Below are positions 9,875 to 18,595 of a DNA stretch of 30,978 nucleotides, one piece after another. A model generated the notes under the pieces. That model did not search any database and was not told where the DNA came from. It was given only the letters and a program-made list of their open reading frames with translations. Numbering within the stretch: position 1 is the first letter of the stretch; each line of letters begins with the position of its first letter. Position numbers and translations under genes: made by a program. This DNA is from an uncultured virus (IMG/VR IMGVR_UViG_3300026472_000008) (lineage: Duplodnaviria > Heunggongvirae > Uroviricota > Caudoviricetes > Crassvirales). The stretch is from IMG/VR virus record IMGVR_UViG_3300026472_000008, one strand, 5' to 3'.

Positions 9875-10651
9875 ATGTCTATAATACAAAAGTTAAAACG
9901 TAACGAAGAACTTAGTAGTACTATTCAAGTTATTGTTACTGATGAAACTGGAGTATATAATTCTACAAACACTAATGGATATGGGGGAGCTAATGGCAAT
10001 CCCATATCTAAGTTTGAGAAGTATATATTTGAGTTAGTTAATCTTTATACTGGCAATAAATATCGTCAAACTCAAAGTGATAATTTAGCCAATACTACAG
10101 AATTCCATAATCCTACTGTTCCTAGAATAGCTAACAAAGAGAATGTAACTATTGATGCTGGAAACTTTAATTTGAATAACTTCGAAGATGGTTTATATAA
10201 ACTATATATGAATGTTCAATTAATTGATAGTTATACTTGTACTCCTAATGTTGGAACTGATGTTATATCAAATGTTACAAATGCTCAATATATCTATGAT
10301 AATTTCAAAACTTTAATAGGAGGTTCAGATATATATAAAATACAAGGTATTACAGGAAATAATTTAATAGTAGATAGACCTATTATTAATTATTTTCCTA
10401 GTTTAAAACCTTGCATGTCTACATCTATTAATTTTATCATTTCTGACCAACTTAATGATGATATAGATTGTGCAATTGCTAAAACATTAGACTCTTGTAA
10501 TTGTGATAATTCTAAACTTGTTAATTCTGTTTCTGAAATTCAATTATATTTTTGGGCTATGAATCGTAGTATTGATGAAAATGATATTTTTCAAGCTTAT
10601 GAATACTTTCAGATAGCTAAAGAATTATCAGCTTCACTTAACTGTTACTAA
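9875..10651 (+). CDS. Putative tail hub / fibre-attachment protein
   Basis: 258 aa; D.TG.Y....N..GYG and DGLY motifs, beta-rich body, helical C-terminus with C..CNC; precedes the fibres. Confidence 0.45.
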   Translation: MSIIQKLKRNEELSSTIQVIVTDETGVYNSTNTNGYGGANGNPISKFEKYIFELVNLYTGNKYRQTQSDNLANTTEFHNPTVPRIANKENVTIDAGNFNLNNFEDGLYKLYMNVQLIDSYTCTPNVGTDVISNVTNAQYIYDNFKTLIGGSDIYKIQGITGNNLIVDRPIINYFPSLKPCMSTSINFIISDQLNDDIDCAIAKTLDSCNCDNSKLVNSVSEIQLYFWAMNRSIDENDIFQAYEYFQIAKELSASLNCY

Positions 10652-10652
10652 T

Positions 10653-10889
10653 ATGATTGATAATAGCAATAATACTTTTGATAAAGTTTATGATAAATTA
10701 ATTGTTGTAGCTCAAAGTAAAATAAAGAACATAGTTAAACTTAGACAATTAGGTAAAAGTATTGACTATAAAACAATTAAATTGCTTAATCTTTATATTA
10801 GATATTTAGAGTCTACAAAGGCTTCTAAATATAGATATTTTACTATAGCAGGTTTAAATAATATATCTAATTTTTTAAATACTTTGTAA
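10653..10889 (+). CDS. Small helical protein, possibly second hub subunit
   Basis: 78 aa; 1 nt after the previous stop and TAATG-coupled to the fibre gene. Confidence 0.45.
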   Translation: MIDNSNNTFDKVYDKLIVVAQSKIKNIVKLRQLGKSIDYKTIKLLNLYIRYLESTKASKYRYFTIAGLNNISNFLNTL

Positions 10890-12973
10890 TGTGTAAAAGA
10901 TGTAATAACTCTTCTTGTCGAGGTGGTTGTGGAACTACTAGACAAATTGTTAATAATAATAATTCTATAGGTCGTGACGGAGAATCCGCTTACGACATTG
11001 CTGTTCGTAATGGTTTTGAAGGAACTGAAGAAGAGTGGTTAGAATCTCTTAAAGGAGTAGTAGGTGCTAAGAATGGAGTTAGTATAGATACTTCTGATGA
11101 TAAGCTTAAACTAGGTGGAGAATTAACTGAAGATACTTTTGTTGGTTCTTATCTTGGTAGTAAGATCATGTTAGGGTTATCTCCTAGTACTAAAACTGCA
11201 TCTATAACTTTAAATGGAGATACTTATACAGCTTCTTTAGGAATTGGTCTTACAGCTAATACTGAATTTCCTAATCAGAGAGTCCCTCAACTTCTTCGTA
11301 ATCAAGGTTTTAATGCTACTGGTATTGAAATTCTTCAACAAGGGGCTTTAGTTACTGATGGTATATTAGGAAAAGGACTTGGTGATGCTGCTGACTATTC
11401 TGCCAATAAGACTGAGTTTAGTTACGTAACTAAGCAGATGTTAGATGCTGCTACGGGAAGTGGTATAACTGCTAGTAGAGGATTATCTAAAATAGGTTCA
11501 GATATTAAACTTGGTGGTACTTATTTAGATGAGGAATATATTACTGTTAGACCTTTTACTAATATTGGAGGTAAACTTAATTTAGATAATCGTAACTCTG
11601 AATTATCTGTATTTGATACTCCTGAACAAAATAATTATTCTTCTATTGGTATTACTGATATGGGTCTTCGTATGAGATATAGACGTCCTGATTTTAAGGA
11701 ACAATCTATTCTTATTCAAGAAACAAGTCTTGGTGATGGTTCTAGAGAGATGGTTGTTGTTGACAGTATAAATGAGAAAGGTTTGGGAGATAAAGCTGAT
11801 TATTCTGCTAGTAAAACTCAATTTTCTTATGTAACTAAACAAATGTTAGATGACGCTACTAGCGGAGGAGGCGGAGGAGTTACTGCTATTAATGGTCTTA
11901 ACAAATCTGGTAGTGATATTAAACTAGGCGGACCTTTAACTGAAACTACTGAGATTGGAGGTGATGCTGTTACTATTAATTTAAATCCTATAGGTGCAGC
12001 AAGTATGTCTACTAAGACTGGAGCTGGTCCTACTATGAGTATTAATGGTATGATCTTAGATGGTGATAGTATAGCATTTGTTAGACTTAAACCAGTAGGA
12101 GCTATTAAAGAAGCCTTAGAGATTAATACAGATAATGGTATTACATTTGTAGATGATGCTAATAATAGAGGTGCTGGTGATAGAGCAGATTATTCTTTAA
12201 ACAAAACTGATTATAGTTATGTTACAAAGAAAATGCTTTATGATGCTATTGCTGGAGGAACTATTGGTAGTTGGACTACAATACCTGGTAAATCCAGTGT
12301 TCTTCAATATGAGGGAATTGATATTGAATATAAGTTAGATTTTGCTTTAGTATCTAGTAAAGCTATGGTTCATTTAGTTGGACAATTTATTATTCAAGAT
12401 ACTTATGCTGCTAATTCTATTTTAGTTGGCACATTACCTGCTAATGCTAGACCTAAATCAGTTTGGAAAAGCGCTGTATTTTGTGATAATGTTTTATGTT
12501 ATCTAACAATTGATACTACAGGTATAATTACTATTACTACTGTTAGTGGAAATCTTCCAGTTTATGCTGGAAATAATGATACTAATGTATTTAATATAGA
12601 TATATTCTTTAAACCAGTTATTGCTTCTGATTATCCTTTTGTAATAGCTAGTGTTACAGATGTTCCTGCTGATCCACAAGTTGGAGGTACTAATCAATAT
12701 AAGTTTAGAGTGAATATTGGATCTGCTATTAGTGAAGATTTAACTCTTAATTTTAGTTGTAATTATGATGCAGTAGGAGGAGGTAGCTCTACTTATAGTG
12801 GTTCAATTACTTTACCTGCCGGAGAAACATCATTTACTACTCCTGATTTTGAAATTACTGATGCTAGTCCTGCTAGTTCAATAGATGGTCTTACAATTAA
12901 TAGTGGATCTCCTGTTAGTGGTTCTACTGTTACTGATATGTCTACTGGAACTCCTCGAACTTTAATATATTAA
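10889..12973 (+). CDS. Tail fibre / receptor-binding protein A
   Basis: 694 aa; Cys-rich N-terminus, GESAYDIAVRNGFEGTEEEWLESLKG motif, three ADYS..KT.[FY]SYVTK.ML repeats, C-terminal GTLP..ARP head and Ig-like domain. Confidence 0.8.
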   Translation: MCKRCNNSSCRGGCGTTRQIVNNNNSIGRDGESAYDIAVRNGFEGTEEEWLESLKGVVGAKNGVSIDTSDDKLKLGGELTEDTFVGSYLGSKIMLGLSPSTKTASITLNGDTYTASLGIGLTANTEFPNQRVPQLLRNQGFNATGIEILQQGALVTDGILGKGLGDAADYSANKTEFSYVTKQMLDAATGSGITASRGLSKIGSDIKLGGTYLDEEYITVRPFTNIGGKLNLDNRNSELSVFDTPEQNNYSSIGITDMGLRMRYRRPDFKEQSILIQETSLGDGSREMVVVDSINEKGLGDKADYSASKTQFSYVTKQMLDDATSGGGGGVTAINGLNKSGSDIKLGGPLTETTEIGGDAVTINLNPIGAASMSTKTGAGPTMSINGMILDGDSIAFVRLKPVGAIKEALEINTDNGITFVDDANNRGAGDRADYSLNKTDYSYVTKKMLYDAIAGGTIGSWTTIPGKSSVLQYEGIDIEYKLDFALVSSKAMVHLVGQFIIQDTYAANSILVGTLPANARPKSVWKSAVFCDNVLCYLTIDTTGIITITTVSGNLPVYAGNNDTNVFNIDIFFKPVIASDYPFVIASVTDVPADPQVGGTNQYKFRVNIGSAISEDLTLNFSCNYDAVGGGSSTYSGSITLPAGETSFTTPDFEITDASPASSIDGLTINSGSPVSGSTVTDMSTGTPRTLIY

Positions 12974-15900
12974 TAAACTATGTGTAATAATTGTCATAAT
13001 CATAATTGTTCTTGTGTTCCTTGTCCTGTACAAGTTACTACTATTAACAATTATCCTCAAGGAAACGATGGAGAATCAGCTTATGAAATTGCCATTAGAA
13101 CTGGACAATTTGTAGGAACTGAACAAGAATGGATTGCTTCTCTTGAAGGTCCTCAAGGTCCTGCTGGTCAAGGTATTCCAACTGGCGGTACAGCAGGACA
13201 AGTACTAGCTAAGATAGATAGTACTAATTATAATACTCAATGGACTACTCCGTCAGGTGGAGGTACTGTTACTGCTGATAAAGGTCTAACTAAAACTGGT
13301 AATAATATTCAATTAGGTGGAGAAATACCTACAGGAGATTTTATTGTTATTGGCGGTAGTAATACCGCTAGAGTTTATTTAGCTCATAGCGGTGAAGCTA
13401 GTTTTGGAACAAATGTTGGAGGATTTAACTTTGTTGGGCTTCAAACAAGTGCTTCATTAGGTGCCATTATTGAAGATACTATTCTAAACAAAGGAGCTGG
13501 AGACGCTGCTGATTATAGTGCCAATAAAACAGAATTTAGCTATGTTACAAAACAGATGTTAGAAGCTGCTTTAGGAAGTGGTTTAATCTTTAATAATGGT
13601 TTATTAAAATCTGGAAATACTGTAGGTTTAGGAGGTAATGGAAACTGGGCTACAACTAATGCTAGTATACAATTGTATTCTACATTTGGCGGTCAAATAG
13701 TTTATACTAACCCAGCTACAGATAATACTTCTAGTGTTACTGCAGGTAAAGATTTTACTGATAATTCTAATATAGCGGCCATGGGAATTGGTACTCCTAG
13801 TGGTGGAATAAGTGTTAATACAAGTTCTGCTTTAGGAGCTTATGTTCAAGATCAAGTATTTGAAAGAGGATTGGGTGATGACGCAGATTATTCGGCTAAC
13901 AAAACTCAATTCTCTTATGTTACTAAACAGATGCTTGAAGATGCTACTGGAGGTGGAGCTTCTGGTTTTGTTGAATTAAGTCCTACTGCTCCTCAAACTG
14001 GTTTTATTAATATTGAAGAAACAGGAACTGGAGGAGCTATGCCTCCTGGTACTACTGGAGAATTACTAGTAGGTGCAGATGGTTTCTCTTATCAACAAAA
14101 GCAGCTTACTATAGGTGGATTTAAGAATAGAATTCTAAGTATTATTGCTAATCTTACAGGCTTTGCATTAAGTGATACTAATGACGATGCTAATGGTTCT
14201 GTTTCAGTTGGATTAAGTGGAGCTTCTATTAGTGGATTAAATAAGATTACTAATCTTCGTAAACGTATATCTGTTGATATTAATGCAGGTATGACTGTTA
14301 CAGATGAGATTGATCAAATTGGTCTTGGAGATATAGCAGATTATTCACCTAATAAAACTCAGTTTAGTTATGTGACTAAGAAGATGCTTGATGAATCAAT
14401 ATTACTTGGTGGGTATGGAACTCACATAAAAGATGGTAAAATCAATATTGGTTTAGATCCTACAACTATAGGAACTACTAACGATGGTTTACTAGTTGGT
14501 AATACTTTATTAGTTACTGGAGATATAACAGGAGGTGCTTATAGTAGTATAAATGTAGATAGCTATATCATAAGCGATAGTGTAAATAGTACTTCTACTG
14601 ATTACTCAGCTCATCAAACTTCTTATGATGTTTCAAGTGGTCATAAAAGTATTATTACTAGTGTTGTAAACAGTCCAACTTCTCAAAATTCATCTAAAGT
14701 TGAAACTTTAACAAAAAGTGATGGTATTAATACTTTATCTATAACTACTTCAAATCAAAATGGTAGTGAAGGTACAGGTGTTAATAGAGTAATGTCTATA
14801 AATATTAATAATAGTAATACTTTAGCTGATACTAGATTACACGTTATAGATGATAGGAGATTAAGAGGTTTAGGAGATTTTGCTGATTATAGCGCAAATA
14901 AACAGGCTTTTGATTATGTCACTAAACAGATGTTAGATCAATATGTTTTTAATGGAGACTATACTGGAAATATAAGCATTGGTAATGGAACTACTAATGG
15001 AACTTTATTTTTAGGCGCTTCTGTTGCTAACATGGCTAGAGCTAACAGTGGAGGAGGATTTAATGGCTTAACTGCACATAGTGATTATCTTAGTTTATCA
15101 GTTGATGTTAGTGGAGGATTGACTAAGAAAATTCAACTTGGTACTAACTTCATGACAATTACTGATAGTATAGATTCTAAAGGTATTAGATATGCAGCAG
15201 ATTATTCTCCTAATTGGACTTCTCCAGATGATGATCATATACTAGTTACTAAGAAGTATGTTGATGATAATGCTGGAGGTGGAGGAGGTGTAGCTTCAGG
15301 TCAAGGTATTACAGTAGCTAGTGGACTTGTAAATCTTGGTGGAGATACAGCAGATTCTAATACAGCAATAATTGGAGCTATAAATACTACTTATAAATCA
15401 TATTTAGTATTATTAAATACTACTGCTGCTACTGCAACTTTAGACACAACTAGTGCAATAGGTGTTGGAAAGTTAGTAGGTGCTGGTACAGTTGGTGCTG
15501 GGGCTGGTATTACTAATCAAGGTAATCCTGATACTAAACATTATATAAGTTCTATTATTAGTAAAAAAGATGGAGGTACTTCCAGAAGTATAGTTGTATC
15601 TAATACTGATAGTCCTATAGGTATTACTATAATTGATTCTATTGGTAATAAAGGAGCTTATTATGGAGCTGATTACGCTGGTAGTTGGACTTCTCCTGCA
15701 GATGATCTTGTATTAGTAAACAAAAAATATGTAGATGATAAAGTACTAGTCACAGCTAGTAATGGTTTAACTAAAAGTTCTGGAGATATAAAATTAGGAG
15801 GAGATTATTCTACTCCTATTATGGTAGGTGATTCTATAAAAGGATCTTTAACTTTAAGTCCTACTGCTGCTACATTAGGTGGCGTTATTAGCGCAGCTAC

Positions 15901-16135
15901 ACCTAATCCTTATTTCTTTCAATTAGGTGGAGGAACTGATGCTACAGATAGTACTAAATCAGTTAGTTATATGACTGTTGTAGATACTGCAACTACTAGT
16001 TCATTAACTATTAAAGTATCTGGTTTAAGCGGTGCTAAAGTTGAAGATAATATCTTTAATAGAGGTCTTGGTGACGCAGATGATTATTCTCCATACAAAC
16101 AGGATAATGATTATGCTACTGTTAAAATGCTTCAA
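11372..16135 (+). repeat. Ten protein-level connector repeats (about 25-30 aa) across both fibre genes
   Basis: Copies start at about 11372, 11777, 12167, 13490, 13865, 14318, 14864, 15179, 15650 and 16061. Confidence 0.85.
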
Positions 16136-16405
16136 TATCCTTTTACTTATGCTTTAACAGGAGACGATGCTTTAACTACTTACAATGTATCTTGGTTTGA
16201 TGTTCTTAATAGATTTGGTAGAACTTGGCCATCTGGACAAATACCTAAAGACTTTATTGCTACTAGTCAAAATACTAATGGTGGTTATACAGTATTTTCT
16301 GAAGATGGTGCTAATTTAGTTGTTAAAACTACTACACCAATCGGTTCTGCTAATACTATTAAAATAACTGGTACTGTATTTAGTTTTGCTGATCCTCTTC
16401 CTTAA
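12980..16405 (+). CDS. Tail fibre protein B
   Basis: 1141 aa; Cys/His-rich N-terminus, GESAYEIA..G.F.GTEQEW..SL motif, short collagen-like GPQGPAG, GGTAGQVLAK motif, seven connector repeats, G/S/T-rich. Confidence 0.82.
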   Translation: MCNNCHNHNCSCVPCPVQVTTINNYPQGNDGESAYEIAIRTGQFVGTEQEWIASLEGPQGPAGQGIPTGGTAGQVLAKIDSTNYNTQWTTPSGGGTVTADKGLTKTGNNIQLGGEIPTGDFIVIGGSNTARVYLAHSGEASFGTNVGGFNFVGLQTSASLGAIIEDTILNKGAGDAADYSANKTEFSYVTKQMLEAALGSGLIFNNGLLKSGNTVGLGGNGNWATTNASIQLYSTFGGQIVYTNPATDNTSSVTAGKDFTDNSNIAAMGIGTPSGGISVNTSSALGAYVQDQVFERGLGDDADYSANKTQFSYVTKQMLEDATGGGASGFVELSPTAPQTGFINIEETGTGGAMPPGTTGELLVGADGFSYQQKQLTIGGFKNRILSIIANLTGFALSDTNDDANGSVSVGLSGASISGLNKITNLRKRISVDINAGMTVTDEIDQIGLGDIADYSPNKTQFSYVTKKMLDESILLGGYGTHIKDGKINIGLDPTTIGTTNDGLLVGNTLLVTGDITGGAYSSINVDSYIISDSVNSTSTDYSAHQTSYDVSSGHKSIITSVVNSPTSQNSSKVETLTKSDGINTLSITTSNQNGSEGTGVNRVMSININNSNTLADTRLHVIDDRRLRGLGDFADYSANKQAFDYVTKQMLDQYVFNGDYTGNISIGNGTTNGTLFLGASVANMARANSGGGFNGLTAHSDYLSLSVDVSGGLTKKIQLGTNFMTITDSIDSKGIRYAADYSPNWTSPDDDHILVTKKYVDDNAGGGGGVASGQGITVASGLVNLGGDTADSNTAIIGAINTTYKSYLVLLNTTAATATLDTTSAIGVGKLVGAGTVGAGAGITNQGNPDTKHYISSIISKKDGGTSRSIVVSNTDSPIGITIIDSIGNKGAYYGADYAGSWTSPADDLVLVNKKYVDDKVLVTASNGLTKSSGDIKLGGDYSTPIMVGDSIKGSLTLSPTAATLGGVISAATPNPYFFQLGGGTDATDSTKSVSYMTVVDTATTSSLTIKVSGLSGAKVEDNIFNRGLGDADDYSPYKQDNDYATVKMLQYPFTYALTGDDALTTYNVSWFDVLNRFGRTWPSGQIPKDFIATSQNTNGGYTVFSEDGANLVVKTTTPIGSANTIKITGTVFSFADPLP

Positions 16406-16423
16406 TATTTAAATTAATCTCTA

Positions 16424-16810
16424 ATGGAATATATAGATGCTATTGTTAATAAGATTATTGACAATTTTGATTTCGCTTTTATGTTCATTATTAATGTACT
16501 TTCTTATATTATAGTTAGATTTATCTATTCTATTAAGAAAGGAAAGTATGTTAATACTTGGTCTAAAAGATTAGTACTAATGATTTGTACTGTTGCTGTA
16601 GGCATTATTTATTACTTTGCTGGATATGATAAGATTATTGTTCTTATTAATTCTGCTATTCTTGCACCTGTTTTTTGGGATTGGATACTTCGTCCTGTTC
16701 TTATTAAATTTGGTATTGATTATAAAAAGTTTGAAACTTATACTGATAGTGTTGATGAAGTTATTGAAACTAAAGATACTATAGTTAAAGTTAAATCGAA
16801 AGATCAATAA
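16424..16810 (+). CDS. Putative holin
   Basis: 128 aa with three hydrophobic segments and a charged C-terminal tail. Confidence 0.6.
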   Translation: MEYIDAIVNKIIDNFDFAFMFIINVLSYIIVRFIYSIKKGKYVNTWSKRLVLMICTVAVGIIYYFAGYDKIIVLINSAILAPVFWDWILRPVLIKFGIDYKKFETYTDSVDEVIETKDTIVKVKSKDQ

Positions 16811-16822
16811 TATAATAAAGCT

Positions 16823-16858
16823 GCGGCTATACTTCTTAACTGAGGTATAGCCGTTTGT
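16823..16858 (+). terminator. Rho-independent terminator after holin
   Basis: GCGGCTATACTTC pairs with GAGGTATAGCCGT (two G-U), followed by TTGT. Confidence 0.75.
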
Positions 16859-16898
16859 CGTAATAAAGCTATTAGTAAAATTAAAATATATAATATTC

Positions 16899-16928
16899 TT
16901 GCATCTTAATAGTAAAATATTATATTTG
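16899..16928 (+). promoter_or_regulatory. Bacteroidota sigma70-type promoter (-33 TTG / -7 TAnnTTTG)
   Basis: TTG 16899-16901, 19 nt spacer, TATATTTG 16921-16928; between a terminator and the ATG at 16964. Confidence 0.72.
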
Positions 16929-16963
16929 GTACTATTAATAAATATAATGCTAATACTTATGAT

Positions 16964-17638
16964 ATGGCTTCGTTAAATATGCTTATTTCAGAACTTGCTC
17001 ATAGTGTTCAGCAAGCTGATAGTGTTCCTGTACGTCGTGCTCTTAGACTTAGTATTATTCATTCTCGTAATGAAATGATACGTCGTAGTCATGATAGTAA
17101 TAAAGTTACTGACAAAGTTCTACAACAAAGATTTAGACTAAGTCTTACTGATGTTCCTGATGGAGACGTTGCTATTACTCAAGGTCTTGGTCTATGTAAA
17201 GTTAAAAGAACTACTGTTAAAGTTCCTCGTCCTGTAAGACTGACTAATAATCTTCCTTTTCATTCTGTTCGAACTATTGGTTCTGTACATAATAAAGAAA
17301 TACCTTTTGTTAAGGAAGCTAGTTCTCAGTTTTATAAAGATCTTCCCGGTATGTCTAATCTTCCTGATTATGATTATATCAATGAATACATTTATATTAA
17401 GATTAAGAACTCTAAACAAGTTGTTAGTCTTAAAGATATTATTGTGGAGTCTGTATTTGAACAACCTCAACTTATACAAACAGAGACTATTGAAGGTCTT
17501 GCTAGTGTTGATGATGATGACGAATTCTTACTTCCGGAAGATATGATTAATGGTATTAAAAAGATGGTTCTTGAAACTTTTAATCCTAATGTTGTTCGCC
17601 AGACCAATGAAATTCCTACTCCTAATTTAGTTAAATAA
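16964..17638 (+). CDS. Putative tail ring protein
   Basis: 224 aa; MASLN.LISE start, ..VFEQP and DDDEF.LPEDM...IK motifs like crAss ring proteins; synteny. Confidence 0.65.
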   Translation: MASLNMLISELAHSVQQADSVPVRRALRLSIIHSRNEMIRRSHDSNKVTDKVLQQRFRLSLTDVPDGDVAITQGLGLCKVKRTTVKVPRPVRLTNNLPFHSVRTIGSVHNKEIPFVKEASSQFYKDLPGMSNLPDYDYINEYIYIKIKNSKQVVSLKDIIVESVFEQPQLIQTETIEGLASVDDDDEFLLPEDMINGIKKMVLETFNPNVVRQTNEIPTPNLVK

Positions 17639-17647
17639 TCTCTACTT

Positions 17648-18595
17648 ATGCTCCCTGATGTCAATTTAAAAAGTTATTATCTTCAATATATTAGTAATGC
17701 TAATTCTGATATTGTAAAATATAAGAATAGTTTAGATTATACTATGAAGATGCTCGAAGAACTATATAATTATATTGAAGAAAATGTAGATGCTGTTAAA
17801 GTTGCTTATTCAATTAAACTCGATAGTTATGAACAAGAGTGGAATAAGAAAGTTTATAATCCATCTGAAATTTTATACACTAAAGTAGTTAAATTACATT
17901 CTAATGTAAAGGATGATAAAAATAAGATTATACTAATTCAAATTATTAAGTATTGTAATATGCTTCGTGATATTGAAAAGTATAATAAACTTATTAATTT
18001 AGCTAAGATTCGTAAGAACATGAAATTTACTGTTTATAGTTCTTATGTTATTAAGTATTATAATAAAGTGCATAAAGTTGTGCTAGAAGGCATGGGTTAT
18101 GAATTTAGCTATGGCATAGGTACTTATTGTATTAATCATTGGAAAATAGATAAAGATAAGCAGACTAAAACTAAAAGACTTGACTTTGCTGCTACTAATG
18201 CTAAAAAAAGAGAATTAGAAGCTAAAGGTACTAGACTTTATAATGACGCGGAAGCTATTTGGTATAAAGAAAGAAGTATACCTTATGATGCTGTTGATTA
18301 TAGAGTTTATAAACAAGAGAGTTCTTTTTATGATTTTACTTTTATTAAATCTCCTATATTTTATAGAACTCCTTTCAATTATAAAAGGACTGAATATGTT
18401 TCTACTAAATATAGAGGAATGTCTTATACTGAAATGGCAGATAAGTTATGTAAGACTTATGATGACATTTATAATTTACAAGTTGATATTAAGTATAAAC
18501 TTAATATACTTCTACATAAAGATCCAACTAAGTATTTAAATTTTATTCGTAATGCAGACCAATGTAAATACAAACGTGGAGCGCATAATAGCTAA
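17648..18595 (+). CDS. IHF/HU-like DNA-binding domain protein (crAss-like conserved)
   Basis: 315 aa; segment VHKVVLEGMGYEFSYGIGTYCI resembles the HU/IHF helix-beta start; lies before the tail tubular gene as in crAss-like phages. Confidence 0.55.
   Translation: MLPDVNLKSYYLQYISNANSDIVKYKNSLDYTMKMLEELYNYIEENVDAVKVAYSIKLDSYEQEWNKKVYNPSEILYTKVVKLHSNVKDDKNKIILIQIIKYCNMLRDIEKYNKLINLAKIRKNMKFTVYSSYVIKYYNKVHKVVLEGMGYEFSYGIGTYCINHWKIDKDKQTKTKRLDFAATNAKKRELEAKGTRLYNDAEAIWYKERSIPYDAVDYRVYKQESSFYDFTFIKSPIFYRTPFNYKRTEYVSTKYRGMSYTEMADKLCKTYDDIYNLQVDIKYKLNILLHKDPTKYLNFIRNADQCKYKRGAHNS

Noticed and set aside
4609..13337. Weak motif look-alikes (TTTCTACAGGAAAG ~4609, CTACGGGAAG 11451, CCTACAGGAG ~13328)
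   Set aside because: Explained by ordinary Thr-Gly codon pairs and lacking the CCCT flank.
11372..16135. CRISPR-like array
   Set aside because: Repeats are in-frame, degenerate in DNA and hundreds of nt apart.
10889..16405. Diversity-generating retroelement or invertible shufflon in fibre genes
   Set aside because: No reverse transcriptase or recombinase, no adenine-specific TR/VR pair and no inverted cassettes seen; repeats are conserved at protein level only.
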